Assembly (NCBI GenBank): GCA_963723515.1
Contig: CAVRQT010000003.1
Coordinates: 928,001-992,000, forward strand
Length of the DNA: 64,000 bases
Direction: 5' to 3'
Source of the DNA: Vulcanimicrobiota bacterium
GTDB taxonomy: Bacteria; Vulcanimicrobiota; Vulcanimicrobiia; Vulcanimicrobiales; Vulcanimicrobiaceae
The notes below the pieces were generated by a model. It had not been told where the DNA came from. It did not search any database and saw nothing but the letters and a program-made list of their open reading frames with translations. A program made the position numbers and the translations under genes. Below are positions 41,590 to 52,734 of this stretch, piece by piece. Position 1 is the first letter of the stretch, and every line of letters begins with the position of its first letter.

Positions 41590-42454
41590 CGAATCAACGA
41601 ATTCACCGACGCGCAGGAGTACGCGCGCAAACATGGCCTTCATGCGTTACTGGTTTCGCGCGACGGCAAACCGGCTTTCGAAGAGTATGCCGGCGGCTGG
41701 GATAAGGAACGTGCGCACGCGCTGTATAGCGGCACGAAGAGCTTCTGGTCGATCGCGGCGGGAGCCGCAGCCGAAGACGGTTTGTTGACGCTCGACGAGC
41801 ACGTTTGCGCAGACGATCCCGCAGTGGAATGAAGCGGGCAAGAATCGGGTGCGCATTCGAGATTTGCTCGGACTCACATCGGGTCTGCCGTTCGGCGGAC
41901 TCGGCGCAGGCGTCCCAACGTTTGAATCGGCGATTGCAAAACCGCTCGCACAATCACCGGGCACGACGTTCACGTATAGCGGCATTCCGCTACAGGTCTT
42001 CGGCGCCGTTCTAACGCGCAAACTTGCACCGCGCGATTTGACGCCTCTGGTGTATCTGAAGCAACGCATCTTCGAACCGATTGGTTTGCGCGTTAGCTCG
42101 TGGCGAAAGCTGAAAGACGGCACGGAAACGTTGCCGACCGGTGCCTTTCTGAGCGCTCGCGAGTGGATGAAGTTCGGCGAGTTGTTGCTTCAGGGCGGAG
42201 CGTGGCACGGGAGACGCATCATCGGAAGGGAGGTCATCGACGCATGCTGGCGGCCGGGCGCTGTCAATCCGCGCTATGGGCTCGGCTTTTGGTTGTATGA
42301 GCCTCAGGACATACGCAAATTTTCGGCATATGCGTCAGGCGCGGGCGGCCAAGCGCTCTATATCATTCCGTCGAAGAAGACGGCAATCGTGCACTTCGGG
42401 CAGAGCAATAGTTACAATCACGAACGCTTCTTGCGTCGCGCGCTGTCCCCGTGA
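41590..42454 (+). CDS. serine hydrolase, beta-lactamase family (5' frameshift, start uncertain)
   Basis: Manual translation LYSGTKSF (SxxK), then F.YS, YGLGFW and ASGAGGQ. Confidence 0.85.
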
Positions 42455-43131
42455 CGGAAAAGCCTCCGCGACACCTGCACGTTCACTCGGTACCGACGCC
42501 TGCCGAGCGCTGGCGCACGCTCATTGAAATCGTTGCCATCGTTGCCGCGGGTGTTTGGGCGCTCTATACGTTCGTTTACGAACAGCGCATCAAGCCACTC
42601 TCCGAACAGGCATCATTCGCCGTCCCTACAGACATCTCGCAAGGCCCGACCATCAACGGCGTGGCGTTTCTTACGATCCACAAAAGGCTCGATAATACCG
42701 GCAACGTGCCGATCGATATCGCAGCGGAATCCCTGAGCGTCTACGGCGAGACGGCCGGTCAGCGATTGCAGGGACCCATGACTCAACGCCATTCCACATA
42801 TTATCGAGAAACTCGCTACGACGTGCCACGGCGCCTCGTGAAACTGCTCTATTCATTCGCGGAATTGCGCGAGGGAGCAGTCGGTGGAAATCAGCACGTC
42901 AATTTCGTCGTACCGCCGCACAGCTCCAATGGCGAAGATTTTCTTATCGCCGTTCCTCTTAAGGAATACCCGCTCGTCCGCGTGCGCCGCAAGGATTACA
43001 TCCGCAAGTCGCCGGTCACGCCGCAAGTCGATGTACGGATCGTTCAAACAGGGCTGGGGGCGTACGACCTTTCTTCAAGCGATCTCATCGGCGAATACGA
43101 TTCGGATACGGAGTATCCGATAAAGCGTTAG
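42451..43131 (+). CDS. hypothetical single-TM protein
   Basis: IVAIVAAGVWALYTF anchor; GTGA coupling to the upstream gene. Confidence 0.6.
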   Translation: MTEKPPRHLHVHSVPTPAERWRTLIEIVAIVAAGVWALYTFVYEQRIKPLSEQASFAVPTDISQGPTINGVAFLTIHKRLDNTGNVPIDIAAESLSVYGETAGQRLQGPMTQRHSTYYRETRYDVPRRLVKLLYSFAELREGAVGGNQHVNFVVPPHSSNGEDFLIAVPLKEYPLVRVRRKDYIRKSPVTPQVDVRIVQTGLGAYDLSSSDLIGEYDSDTEYPIKR

Positions 43132-43508
43132 TCCTCAGGTTCGGCGGCGTGATCGATTGCGCTGCGCACCAGCCCCACAACATGATCGTCCGCGACCGAG
43201 TACCAAAGGTGCTTTCCATCGCGCCTTCGCTTCACCAATCCATGCATGCGCAGAAGGCGCAAGCGAGCAGACACCGTTGATAACTCTTCTTCGAGCGCCT
43301 CTGCAAGATCTCCGACGCAGTATTCGTGATCGAGCAGGAGCGCGATGATCTTCAAACGGCCCGGCTCCGAGACGGCGGAAAATAAGTTCGCCGCGCGCTC
43401 CAGCTGCATGCGCGTAAACTTATCGCGCTGCGCGGCTCGTTCGGCTGCATCGACCGGGTGATGCGGTACGTCATCGCATTCCGCCACGCCCGTTTGCCGT
43501 TCATCCAT
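43128..43508 (-). CDS. ArsR/SmtB metalloregulatory repressor
   Basis: RLKII..L....CV.DLA..L.....VS..LR.L...GLV..RR.GK; C-terminal DDHV...DHAAE; N-terminal C....HH. Confidence 0.9.
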   Translation of the reverse strand: MDERQTGVAECDDVPHHPVDAAERAAQRDKFTRMQLERAANLFSAVSEPGRLKIIALLLDHEYCVGDLAEALEEELSTVSARLRLLRMHGLVKRRRDGKHLWYSVADDHVVGLVRSAIDHAAEPED

Positions 43509-43550
43509 CGCTAAGCTCACGATTGCACGGTTTTGCGGCGGCGCCTTCCG

Positions 43551-43582
43551 ACAATTGAACGATTGATGAATTGTTCGTATGT
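43551..43582. promoter_or_regulatory. putative ArsR/SmtB operator
   Basis: AT-rich overlapping imperfect palindromes ACAATTGAACGATTGATGAATTGTTCGTATGT between the divergent genes. Confidence 0.55.
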
Positions 43583-43647
43583 GGATGTTTGACGATCGAT
43601 CGCGCAACCGCCAGGAGGCCGCCGGCGGCACAGCAATCGATCCCGGC

Positions 43648-46038
43648 ATGTCTATTTGCCGATCAAGCGTCGTAGTCGCGCTGATGATCGCATTCCTTGC
43701 GTTCCTGCCCGAGCCGTCGTACGCGGCCGGCGCAAGTGCCTCGTTAACCGGCACCGTAACCAAAGACAACGCTCCAGCGCCCGGCGTGGTCGTCACGGCA
43801 AACGGAAACAATGCGGTTTTCAAAACCTCGAGCGACGCTAGCGGGCGCTTCACGTTTGCATCCCTGCCGTTTGGAACGTACGACGTTGAAGCGAAATCGG
43901 GCGACAGCAGCGATCACATAACGGTCGACCTCGGCAACGGCGGTGCTGCGGTGACGCTGGCGCTCGCGCCGCCAAAGGTGATTGGCTCCGTGACTGTGGT
44001 TCGTTCTGCATCGACGCGCGGAAGCGGGAGCGACGTGACGTTGAACAGGACAGCTTTGACGCGGCTGCCTTTCAACAACAAGTTCCCTGAAATGTTGATT
44101 CAACTCCCAGGCGCCGTGCGCGGCGCAAATGGCGTTGTACACATCAACGGCGACCACGGCGTCATCAACTATATCATCGACGGCGTCGCGCTTCCGCAGG
44201 CACTCAACCGAGACATCGGCAGCGAGATCAACCTCAACGATGTCTCGTTCGTCGACACGATCGAAGGAGCGTATCCCGCCCAATACGGTTTGAAATTCGG
44301 ATCGGTCGTCAATGTATCGACATTGGCCGGTAGGGGGCCCGCCGGTTTTTACGGCGACGGCTCATACGGTTCGTATACTAGTCTGAACAACACGCTCGGC
44401 TACCACTCGCCGCTTGGCGAACGAGGCGGCATGTCCATCGCCTTCGGTGCTGACAGAACCACGCGTGGACTCGATCCACCCAACTTCGGCTCGCCGCACA
44501 ACAACGCCAGTGGGACGAACATCTTTGCTCATTTCGCCATTCCGCGCGGTGCAAATAACTTTACCAACATCACGTTCATCCACAGCTATGATACATTTCA
44601 GATCCCTAACGACGTTGACGGCGGAGAGCCTGCGAACACCGACGACAACGAAACGCAGGAGGACACGTTCCTCAGCCTTCAATTCCGTCAAACGCTGGGC
44701 GAAACCGGCGCTCTGACATTGGGCCCGGCATTGAAGATCTCGCGCATTCGGGATTTCGCGGATCCGACAAATGACTGGGCATATGGCGAGGCGCTCAACC
44801 TCGCGCCGCCGCCCTTTGGGAACGGCGGCACGCCGACCGACTGCGCGAATGCGCTCGCCACGGGCAACTTCGGACCGACCACGTGCGGCTACTCGCTCTC
44901 AAGCGACCGAACCGCCATCGACTATATCTTCCAAGCTGACTACTCTCGCCAGGCTGGCCGTCACGATATTCGCGCCGGGATCGGTTACGATGCAGCGCGC
45001 GTCCTCAAGACGTACGCGGTGAGCTTACAACCGAACAACTTCCTCGCACCGATTCTAACTCCGGCAACGCCTCACGCAGCGACGACCGTCATCGACAACA
45101 ACCCAAATATTGGAAACACGTACCAGTCGTACGTCCAGGATAGCTGGCGCATGAGCGACGCTTGGGAAGCCGATTATGGGCTGCGCTACGATTTCTTCAA
45201 CATCAAATCGACTGAGTTTTCGCAAGGCTTCGGCAGCTTCAGCCCTCGTTTGAAGCTGACGCGGTTCTTCTCGCCACGAGCCAACGTCTATGCCTACGTT
45301 GGCCGCTTCTTTGAGCCTTTCTCGTTCGAGAACGTCAGCCCCCAAGCCGCGCAGTTGTTGAATCTTCCGCTGCAGCCCACGGTCGCACAGTTCGACCTGA
45401 AGCCGGAACGCGACACGCAGCTCGAGGTCGGCGGCCACCTTCCGCTCGGGAAAGGAACGCTCGGGTTTCGTGTGTGGCAGAAAAATGCGGTGGATCTCAT
45501 AGATGACACACAAGTCGGCGTGACGCTATTGCATCAAGACATCAACTACGCAGTGGGCCGTCTCTCGCAGGAAGCGCTGAACTACGTGCAACCGCTTGCG
45601 CGTAACGGTCGCGTCTATTTCTCGGTAGCGCACACCCTTTCGCTGAACAAAGGCTGCGAAACACAACTCCTCGCGCCTTGCTTCGGCTCGCCGACGGATT
45701 TCACGCCCGCGGACCACGACCAGAGCTACAGCATCAGCGGCGGCGTGCTGCTCAACGACGAGCGCGGCGGATGGTTCTCCGCCGACGCGGAGTACGGTAG
45801 CGGCCTATCTTCGGCGATCTGCCCGGCCGACACGCCGGGGTTTTGCAAACGAACCCCGCACACGGTTTTCAACCTCGAAAAAGGCATCAGTATCGGTCCC
45901 CACACGGCGCTTACGGTTGGCGCTCAAAATCTGTTCAACACGCGCTACTTCGTGACGATCTTGAACGCGCAGGGCAACCACTATGCAACGCCACGAACGA
46001 TTAGCGTTGGCGTGCGGTTCGGAGGTGGAGGGCCGTAA
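43648..46038 (+). CDS. TonB-dependent receptor with N-terminal carboxypeptidase-regulatory-like domain
   Basis: Signal peptide, plug YIIDGV and G.YPAQYG, YVQDSW, GLRYD, LKPE, QNLFN and terminal beta strand. Confidence 0.92.
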   Translation: MSICRSSVVVALMIAFLAFLPEPSYAAGASASLTGTVTKDNAPAPGVVVTANGNNAVFKTSSDASGRFTFASLPFGTYDVEAKSGDSSDHITVDLGNGGAAVTLALAPPKVIGSVTVVRSASTRGSGSDVTLNRTALTRLPFNNKFPEMLIQLPGAVRGANGVVHINGDHGVINYIIDGVALPQALNRDIGSEINLNDVSFVDTIEGAYPAQYGLKFGSVVNVSTLAGRGPAGFYGDGSYGSYTSLNNTLGYHSPLGERGGMSIAFGADRTTRGLDPPNFGSPHNNASGTNIFAHFAIPRGANNFTNITFIHSYDTFQIPNDVDGGEPANTDDNETQEDTFLSLQFRQTLGETGALTLGPALKISRIRDFADPTNDWAYGEALNLAPPPFGNGGTPTDCANALATGNFGPTTCGYSLSSDRTAIDYIFQADYSRQAGRHDIRAGIGYDAARVLKTYAVSLQPNNFLAPILTPATPHAATTVIDNNPNIGNTYQSYVQDSWRMSDAWEADYGLRYDFFNIKSTEFSQGFGSFSPRLKLTRFFSPRANVYAYVGRFFEPFSFENVSPQAAQLLNLPLQPTVAQFDLKPERDTQLEVGGHLPLGKGTLGFRVWQKNAVDLIDDTQVGVTLLHQDINYAVGRLSQEALNYVQPLARNGRVYFSVAHTLSLNKGCETQLLAPCFGSPTDFTPADHDQSYSISGGVLLNDERGGWFSADAEYGSGLSSAICPADTPGFCKRTPHTVFNLEKGISIGPHTALTVGAQNLFNTRYFVTILNAQGNHYATPRTISVGVRFGGGGP

Positions 46039-46173
46039 GCGGCCTATTTCGGGGCGATCGAGACGACAAATAAGCGCCCGCTTGGCCGCAACGGTTCCAA
46101 GCTGGAGGGAACGATAGCATTTGGTTGGGCCGTTTCTTTCCAAAAGCTCTTATCAAGGGGGCGAAAACTGAAA

Positions 46174-46769
46174 ATGAGCCGAGTCTTAATTCACCGAGCC
46201 GCGGCCGGGCTGCTGGCCGCCTCACTGTGCGCGATCGCGCTTCCGGCTCCGCCTGCGCTAGCCGATGGCGCAGCGAGCACGCGCAATATCATTCTTGGCG
46301 GCGCAGCCGGTGCGTTGATCATCATCAACCACAACAGTAAGGTCCATGAGCGCTACGCTGAAGATGCGCGGCGCCAAGCAGCCGCGGAACAATCCGCTAA
46401 CAATGCGTGGGCCGCCTATCAGAGCGAAGAGACCGCGTACAACAATGAAGTCGCGCTGAACCAATCGCTCCAGCACGAAGTTGCCGTCCAGCATAGCATG
46501 ATCGTTTCGGAGCGGCAGCAGCTCGCAAAGCAGCATCACGCGATCGTTGCTATGCGCTCGCAGCGCTCGGTTGCCAATCGCCAAGTCGCAAGAGACGCTA
46601 ACCAACATGTCACGACCGTGGCGCAAAGCCGCCAGCCGTCTTCGGATGCCGGCCCGTTCACGCAGCCGGCGACACTGACGACGACCGCGCGCGTTCCAAC
46701 GTCCCGGCGATCGCACCAACGCGCACGCAACGCGTCGTTGCTGAAGCGTTCGGATGGGGCATCTTCTAA
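46174..46769 (+). CDS. secreted coiled-coil hypothetical protein (3' frameshift; probable end ...AFGWGIF*)
   Basis: Signal peptide, RNIILGGAAG glycine-zipper-like segment, Q/A-rich coil. Confidence 0.6.
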
Positions 46770-47184
46770 GAAGCATCGCATCAGCCGCAGCCGCCGCGTC
46801 GCTTCTCGCGATGTGGGGCTGCGGCTCGCACAATACCGTGAATGTCGGCGGATCTGCGCGCCGCCACGGGTTTAACGCCGAATCGGCTCGCCGAAAACAT
46901 CACGCGGGCCATCTACGACAATAACGGCGGATGTTGCGAGAAGCTATTTCAGCGATGCCATGAAATCGCAAATCCAAGACTACCAGGTCTTGTTCATGTC
47001 GCAGGCGATGCATCGCATGGGCGACTATGACGGTGTCAAGATCGCGCGTGTCGATGCCGGCCATGGACGCTACGCGTATCGCGCCTTCTTCAGCCGCGGC
47101 AAGATGGAAGTGCGATTGCGCACCGACAACAATGGCAAGGCGGCCGCGTACCGCATCGTGCCGCTCCCGCCCGGTCAGCCCTAA
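46754..47184 (+). CDS. putative lipoprotein (frameshifted)
   Basis: Manual translation MGHLLRSIASAAAAASLLAMWGC lipobox, continuing into ORFs 46842 and 46960. Confidence 0.55.
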
Positions 47185-47235
47185 GAAAAGAAAGCACAAG
47201 GCCGCTTAAAAACGACGGCGAAGCATCGGCGCTGC

Positions 47236-47311
47236 GCCGAGATAGCTCAGTTGGTAGAGCACGCGCCTGAAAAGCGCGGTGTCCCGTGTTCGATTCACGG
47301 TCTCGGCACCA
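47236..47311 (+). tRNA. tRNA-Phe(GAA)
   Basis: GCCGAGA acceptor stem, CTGAAAA loop, ends ACCA. Confidence 0.96.
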
Positions 47312-47315
47312 TTTT

Positions 47316-47346
47316 GCCGCTGAGAACTTACACTCGGCGGCTTTTT
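47316..47346 (+). terminator. intrinsic terminator after tRNA-Phe
   Basis: GCCGCTGAG-loop-CTCGGCGGC followed by TTTTT. Confidence 0.75.
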
Positions 47347-47526
47347 CTGTACGGCGGAAATCGTCACAATACGCAGAAGCGCCGCGCCTTGTGAATCAGA
47401 ACGACGCATTGAAGGCATTTGAGAACGGCGGGCGTCTCTTTTAAGCATTAAAACCCTCCTCGGTGAGCGCTTGAAACCGCTAGGCATAAGACGCGGTCTT
47501 GGTCGAAAAGCGCCCAAGGAAGACGC

Positions 47527-50500
47527 GTGAAAAATTTCTTTGTTAGCCGGCCGATCTTTGCGATGGTCTGCTCGGCGGTGATCTTACTGGTCGGTCTCGT
47601 CTCCATTCCGATGTTGCCGATCGCGATGTATCCGAAAATTGCGCCGCCGGTGGTGACGGTCAGCGCATACTATACCGGCGCGAATGCACAGGCCGTTGAG
47701 TCGTCCGTCACGACGCCCCTCGAGCAGGCGATTAACGGCGTTCAAGGTCTGCGCTACATTACCTCAACGAGCGGCAACGACGGCAGCAGCACGATCACGT
47801 GTACCTTTGATCTCGGTCGTGACCTCGACCAGGCGACCAATGACGTCCAGAACGCGGTCAATTCCGCCCTCGGCCGATTGCCGAATGAGATTAAACAGAC
47901 GGGCGTTCAAGTCAGCAAGAATTCCGGATCGTTCACGATGGCGATTGCGCTGACGTCGACAAATTCCAAATACGACTCGCTGTTTCTGAGCAATTACGCC
48001 GACCTGCAAATCACCAATGTTCTCAAACGGGTTGCCGGCGTCGGTAATGTCATCATCTTCGGCCAGCGCAAATACGCGATGCGTCTGTGGCTCGATCCAC
48101 TCAAACTTCAACAAAACCATATGGCCGCGGAAGACGTCGTCTCCGCGTTGCAAGAGCAGAACGTTCAGGTGGCCGCCGGAGCCATCGGCGCCCCACCCGC
48201 CCCGGCAAACCAGCCGTATCAGATGGCAGTGCGCGCGATCGGACGCTTAACGACGCCCGAGCAATTTGCCAACATCATCTTACGCGCCAATCCGGATGGC
48301 GGCTTCGTGCGCTTATCGGATGTCGGACGCGTGGAACTTGGCGCGGAAGACTACTCCAGCCGGCTGAGCTACGAAGGCCGTACCGCGATCGGGCTCGGTA
48401 TTCTGCAACTCTCAACCGCCAACGCGTTGCAGCTCTCCAAAGGCGTCCGCGACGCCATGGCGACGCTCTCGCAAAAATTCCCGCCGGGCGTTCAGTATGA
48501 CGTCGCGTTCGACACGACGACGTTCGTTAACGAATCGATTCGCGAAGTCCTCAAGACGTTGCTTTTCGCGATCTTCTTGGTCGTGATCGTCATCTTCTTG
48601 TTCTTGCAGAACTGGCGAACGACGCTCGTGCCGTTCATCACGATTCCGGTATCGCTGATCGGCACATTTGGTTTGATGAAGCTGCTCGGCTTCTCGATCA
48701 ACACGCTAACGCTCTTCGGAATGACGTTGGCAACGGGACTTGTCGTTGACGACGCGATCGTCGTCATCGAAAACATTTCCCGCTTTATCGAAGAGAAGAA
48801 AATGGAGCCGCACATCGCCGCGACCGAAGCGATGCGAGAGATTACGGGCGCGGTCATTGCCATGACGCTGGTGCTCTTGGCGGTATTTGTGCCGGTCGCG
48901 TTTTTCCCAGGCACGACCGGGCAACTCTACCGGCAATTCGCGCTGACGATTGCCTGCTCTATCGCGATCTCCGGTTTTAATGCTCTCACGCTGACCCCGG
49001 CATTAACCGCGCTCTTCGCGCAAGGCGGCTTGGAAAAACCGCGGCAGGCGTTCTTCACGCGCGTCACGGCGATCATCGCCGGTACCCGCGCGCTCTACCA
49101 CCGATCACTGCCCTACGTGCTCGATCGAAAAGCGCTTGCGATCGGGCTGTTTGCAGTCGGGTTACTCATCACGTTCCTCCTCTTCCGCACAACGCCCACT
49201 GCCTTTGTGCCCGATGAGGATCAGGGATACTTCATCGTTACCGTGCAGACGCCGGAGGGCAGCTCGCTCGATACGACGACGCGCATCATGAAGAAAGTTG
49301 AAGGGATCATCGCGCAGCAGCCGGAGGTCGTGGCGGACTTCTCCGTTGCCGGCTTCAGTTTTAGCGGCTCGGGACCGAGTCAGGGCATCATGTTCGCGCG
49401 CTTAAAACCGTGGGGCGAGCGGCGCGGCGCTGACCACTCGCTCAATGCCGTCCTGCAGCGACTGCAAGGGCCATTCTTTTCAATTCCAAACGCGCAGGTG
49501 TTTGCATTCAATCCGCCGCCGGTGCAAGGCATCGGGAACGTCGGCGGATTTCAATTCGAGTTAGAGGATCGCGGCAACGTCGGCTTGCCGGCGCTGATGG
49601 GAACGGCGTTTGCCTATATGAAGATGGGCAATCAGGATCCGAATCTCAAGAACGTCTTCACGACGTTCCGTTTGAACAGCCCGCAGCTCGTCTTGGATGT
49701 GGACCGGAATAAGGCGCTCGCGTTGCACGTGCCGATGTCGGACATCTTCAGCACGCTGCAGATCGACCTCGGCTCGCTCTACGTCAATGACTTCGACTAT
49801 TTGAACCGCGCGTACCGCGTCTACGTTCAGGCCGCGGCCCCATATCGCGCCACGGTTCCTGATTTGAGCCAATTGTACGTTCGCAACGCGAACGGCGACG
49901 TGATGCCCTTGACGCAGCTCGTCAAGGTGACGCGCGAGAATACGGCGCCGAACATTACGCATTACAACCTCTTCCGCTCGATTGAAATCAACGGCCAGGC
50001 AAGCGCGGGACATGGTTCAGGTCAAGCGATCTCGGCGATGCAGCGCATCGCATCGCAAGTCAATCCGACCGGGGTCGGCTACGAGTGGTCCGGTCTGTCG
50101 CTCGATGAGATTCAGTCCGGAGGACAGACCGCGCTAATCTTTGCGCTCGGCATCGTCTTTGTCTTTCTCGTGCTCTCGGCGAAATACGAGAGCTTCACCG
50201 ATCCGCTGGTCATCTTGATCGCGGTGCCGCTCGCAATCTTAGGCGCGCTCCTAGGCCTTAAACTGCGCGGATTCCAGAGCGACGTCTTCGCCCAAGTGGG
50301 CTACGTGATGCTCATTGGGCTAGCAACGAAGAACGGCATTCTGATCGTGGAGTTTGCGAATCAGTTACGCTCGCGCGGCGCCAGTATTGCTGAAGCGGCC
50401 CGGAGCGCCGCCGAGATCCGTTTGCGTCCAATCCTGATGACCTCGCTCGCGTTTACCTTCGGCGTTGTGCCGCTCGTCCTCGCAAGCGGCGCGGGTAGCG

Positions 50501-50706
50501 CGGCTCGGCGGTCGCTGGGAACGGCCGTCTTCGGCGGCATGATCGTCTCAACGGTGCTGAGCTTGTTCATCATCCCCGTGCTCTACGTCGTCATCGAAAC
50601 GTTCAAAGAGCGCCGAGCCTTGCGTCGAGCGAATGTCACCGGCGACGGCGCCGCAACCGATGGCATCGCCGCGGTGGAGATAACTCCGCCACTCACCAAA
50701 GCATAA
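47527..50706 (+). CDS. HAE1/AcrB-like RND multidrug permease
   Basis: FF..RPIFA, YAMR.WLDP, GLVVDDAIVV.EN, P.EDQG, KNGILIVEFA and RLRPILMTS. Confidence 0.96.
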   Translation: MKNFFVSRPIFAMVCSAVILLVGLVSIPMLPIAMYPKIAPPVVTVSAYYTGANAQAVESSVTTPLEQAINGVQGLRYITSTSGNDGSSTITCTFDLGRDLDQATNDVQNAVNSALGRLPNEIKQTGVQVSKNSGSFTMAIALTSTNSKYDSLFLSNYADLQITNVLKRVAGVGNVIIFGQRKYAMRLWLDPLKLQQNHMAAEDVVSALQEQNVQVAAGAIGAPPAPANQPYQMAVRAIGRLTTPEQFANIILRANPDGGFVRLSDVGRVELGAEDYSSRLSYEGRTAIGLGILQLSTANALQLSKGVRDAMATLSQKFPPGVQYDVAFDTTTFVNESIREVLKTLLFAIFLVVIVIFLFLQNWRTTLVPFITIPVSLIGTFGLMKLLGFSINTLTLFGMTLATGLVVDDAIVVIENISRFIEEKKMEPHIAATEAMREITGAVIAMTLVLLAVFVPVAFFPGTTGQLYRQFALTIACSIAISGFNALTLTPALTALFAQGGLEKPRQAFFTRVTAIIAGTRALYHRSLPYVLDRKALAIGLFAVGLLITFLLFRTTPTAFVPDEDQGYFIVTVQTPEGSSLDTTTRIMKKVEGIIAQQPEVVADFSVAGFSFSGSGPSQGIMFARLKPWGERRGADHSLNAVLQRLQGPFFSIPNAQVFAFNPPPVQGIGNVGGFQFELEDRGNVGLPALMGTAFAYMKMGNQDPNLKNVFTTFRLNSPQLVLDVDRNKALALHVPMSDIFSTLQIDLGSLYVNDFDYLNRAYRVYVQAAAPYRATVPDLSQLYVRNANGDVMPLTQLVKVTRENTAPNITHYNLFRSIEINGQASAGHGSGQAISAMQRIASQVNPTGVGYEWSGLSLDEIQSGGQTALIFALGIVFVFLVLSAKYESFTDPLVILIAVPLAILGALLGLKLRGFQSDVFAQVGYVMLIGLATKNGILIVEFANQLRSRGASIAEAARSAAEIRLRPILMTSLAFTFGVVPLVLASGAGSAARRSLGTAVFGGMIVSTVLSLFIIPVLYVVIETFKERRALRRANVTGDGAATDGIAAVEITPPLTKA

Positions 50707-50773
50707 ACAACATTACGCCGCCTCGGCGCTAGGTTTGGCGGGCGGTCCCAGCGGGAAAACTCCGCGCGATTCG

Positions 50774-51470
50774 ATGCATCTTAAGGAAGAGCTCGGGACA
50801 GTTTTGATCAGTGGCGGCGCTTCGGGTTTAGGCGCCGCGATCGCGGATGCCGTTGCAGCAGCACGGCGGAACTCCGGTCATCTTTGACGTCCAGCGAGAC
50901 GGCCGCACCCATGCGTTCGAGCGAGTCGACATCAGCCGGCGCGACGACGTCGAGAAGGCGCTCGCGCGCGTGCGCGACCGCCACGGCAAAATCCATGCGG
51001 TCGTTGCAAACGCAGGCATCGACGCCTGCGGCCCATTCGAACGGATCGCTGCGGATGCATGGGAACGCGTTATCAACGTCAATCTGATCGGAACGGCATC
51101 GCTCGTGCGGGCCTGTCTTGACGATTTACTGGAAACGCACGGCAAAGTCGTTACGGTAGCCTCAACGATGGGCTTCCGCGTCTTTCCCGATGCAACGGCG
51201 TACTGCGCAAGCAAATTCGGCATTGTCGGATTTACGCGGGCTTTCGCGGCCGAATTCGCGGGCCGCGTTGGTGTGACGCTCCTCGTTCCGGGCGGGATGC
51301 ACACCGCGTTCTTCGATGGACGCGAAGAGAAATACAAACCGGGCCCCGATGCGAAGCTGAATCGGCCGGCCGACGTTGCAAACGCCGTCATTTTTGCGCT
51401 GTCGCAGCCGCCCGGATGCGAAGTGCGCGAGCTGGTCATCACGCCTTCGAAAGAGGCGTCCTGGCCGTAG
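50774..51470 (+). CDS. short-chain dehydrogenase/reductase (5' frameshift)
   Basis: Manual translation VLISGGASGLG, then NAG and YCASK. Confidence 0.9.
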
Positions 51471-52690
51471 AGCGGCGCCGCCGCAGCTTCTGGAGCTCGA
51501 TCGGCCCGGGAATCATCTCCGGAGCCGCTGACAACGATCCGACGACCGTCGCATCACTCGCGGTGATCGGCTCGACGACGGTCTACGGCTTGGGCTGGCT
51601 CGTCGTGCTCGTCGTTCCGATGCTCGCGATCGTGCAGATCGTCAGCTCGCAGATCGCGATCGTAACCAAGCATAACCTCGAGGATGACGCGCAGCGGTAC
51701 TACGGACGCGCGGTTGCATACGTTATGTTGCTCGCCGTTCTGGCCGTGAACTTCGTGACGCTCGTCGCCGATATCGAGGGCGGCGGCGCCGCGATGCAGG
51801 TCTTGACGGGCGTCGATTACCGTACCTGGATTCTTCCGATCGCCATCGCCAGCTTGGCGATTCTGATCTTCGGCAACTACGAGCGCATCAAGAATATCCT
51901 CTTGCCGCTGCCGCTCGTGTTTTTGGCGTATCCGGTTGCGATGATCTTAGCGCGCCCCAACTGGCATGAAGTGCTCGTCAACACGCTGATCCCGCATTTC
52001 CAGCATACGCAAGAGTACGCGAGCGGTGCCATCGCGTTGCTGGGAACAACGTTGACGGCGTATGCCTACGTTTGGCAATCCGTTGAAACCGCCAAGGAGA
52101 AGCCGCCGCTCAAACGGTTGGGCTTGGTGCAAGTCGACGCGACGCTCGGGACCATCATCGCCGGAATTTCATTTTGGGCGATCGTAATGGCCACCGGCGC
52201 GACGCTGGGCGTTCACCATCAACATGTTGAGACGGCGGACCAAGCTGCAAGTGCTCTTCGTCCGCTCGCAGGAAAGTATGCCGCCCTGCTGTTTGGCGTT
52301 GGGCTGCTGGGCTCATCATTGCTCGCGGTGCCGGTCTTGATTGCGACGAGCGTTTACTGCGCCCGGACACTGTACGGTTGGCATACGACGCTCGACACGC
52401 ACTGGTGGCGCGGCCCGCAGTTCTACGGCTTTATGATTGCGCTGACGATTATGGCAGCAACTGTCGCCTTCGCCGGCGCCTCGCCGATCCGAATTCTCTT
52501 CATCAGTTCGATCATCGGCGGCCTTGCGACGCCGATTACGATGGTCATCATGCTCTTGATTGCGCAAAATCGCCGTGCGATGCGCAAGAAACCGTGCGCG
52601 CCTGGATTGATCGTTGGGGGCTGGATCGTCACAGGCGTGGTGACCACGGCCGCGTTGGTGTTCTTAGTTACCACATTCGTTCATCACTGA
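51461..52690 (+). CDS. NRAMP-family divalent metal transporter (start uncertain)
   Basis: GPGIISGAADNDP, ALLGTT..AY and about 11 TM segments. Confidence 0.85.
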   Translation: MAVERRRRSFWSSIGPGIISGAADNDPTTVASLAVIGSTTVYGLGWLVVLVVPMLAIVQIVSSQIAIVTKHNLEDDAQRYYGRAVAYVMLLAVLAVNFVTLVADIEGGGAAMQVLTGVDYRTWILPIAIASLAILIFGNYERIKNILLPLPLVFLAYPVAMILARPNWHEVLVNTLIPHFQHTQEYASGAIALLGTTLTAYAYVWQSVETAKEKPPLKRLGLVQVDATLGTIIAGISFWAIVMATGATLGVHHQHVETADQAASALRPLAGKYAALLFGVGLLGSSLLAVPVLIATSVYCARTLYGWHTTLDTHWWRGPQFYGFMIALTIMAATVAFAGASPIRILFISSIIGGLATPITMVIMLLIAQNRRAMRKKPCAPGLIVGGWIVTGVVTTAALVFLVTTFVHH

Positions 52691-52734
52691 ACCGAGAATG
52701 AATGGTTAGTAGGCCAGGAGCCGCGACAACGACT

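Noticed and set aside
47460..47526. Structured 5' UTR or riboswitch before the RND pump
   Set aside because: Only short GC stems, with no recognisable aptamer or terminator
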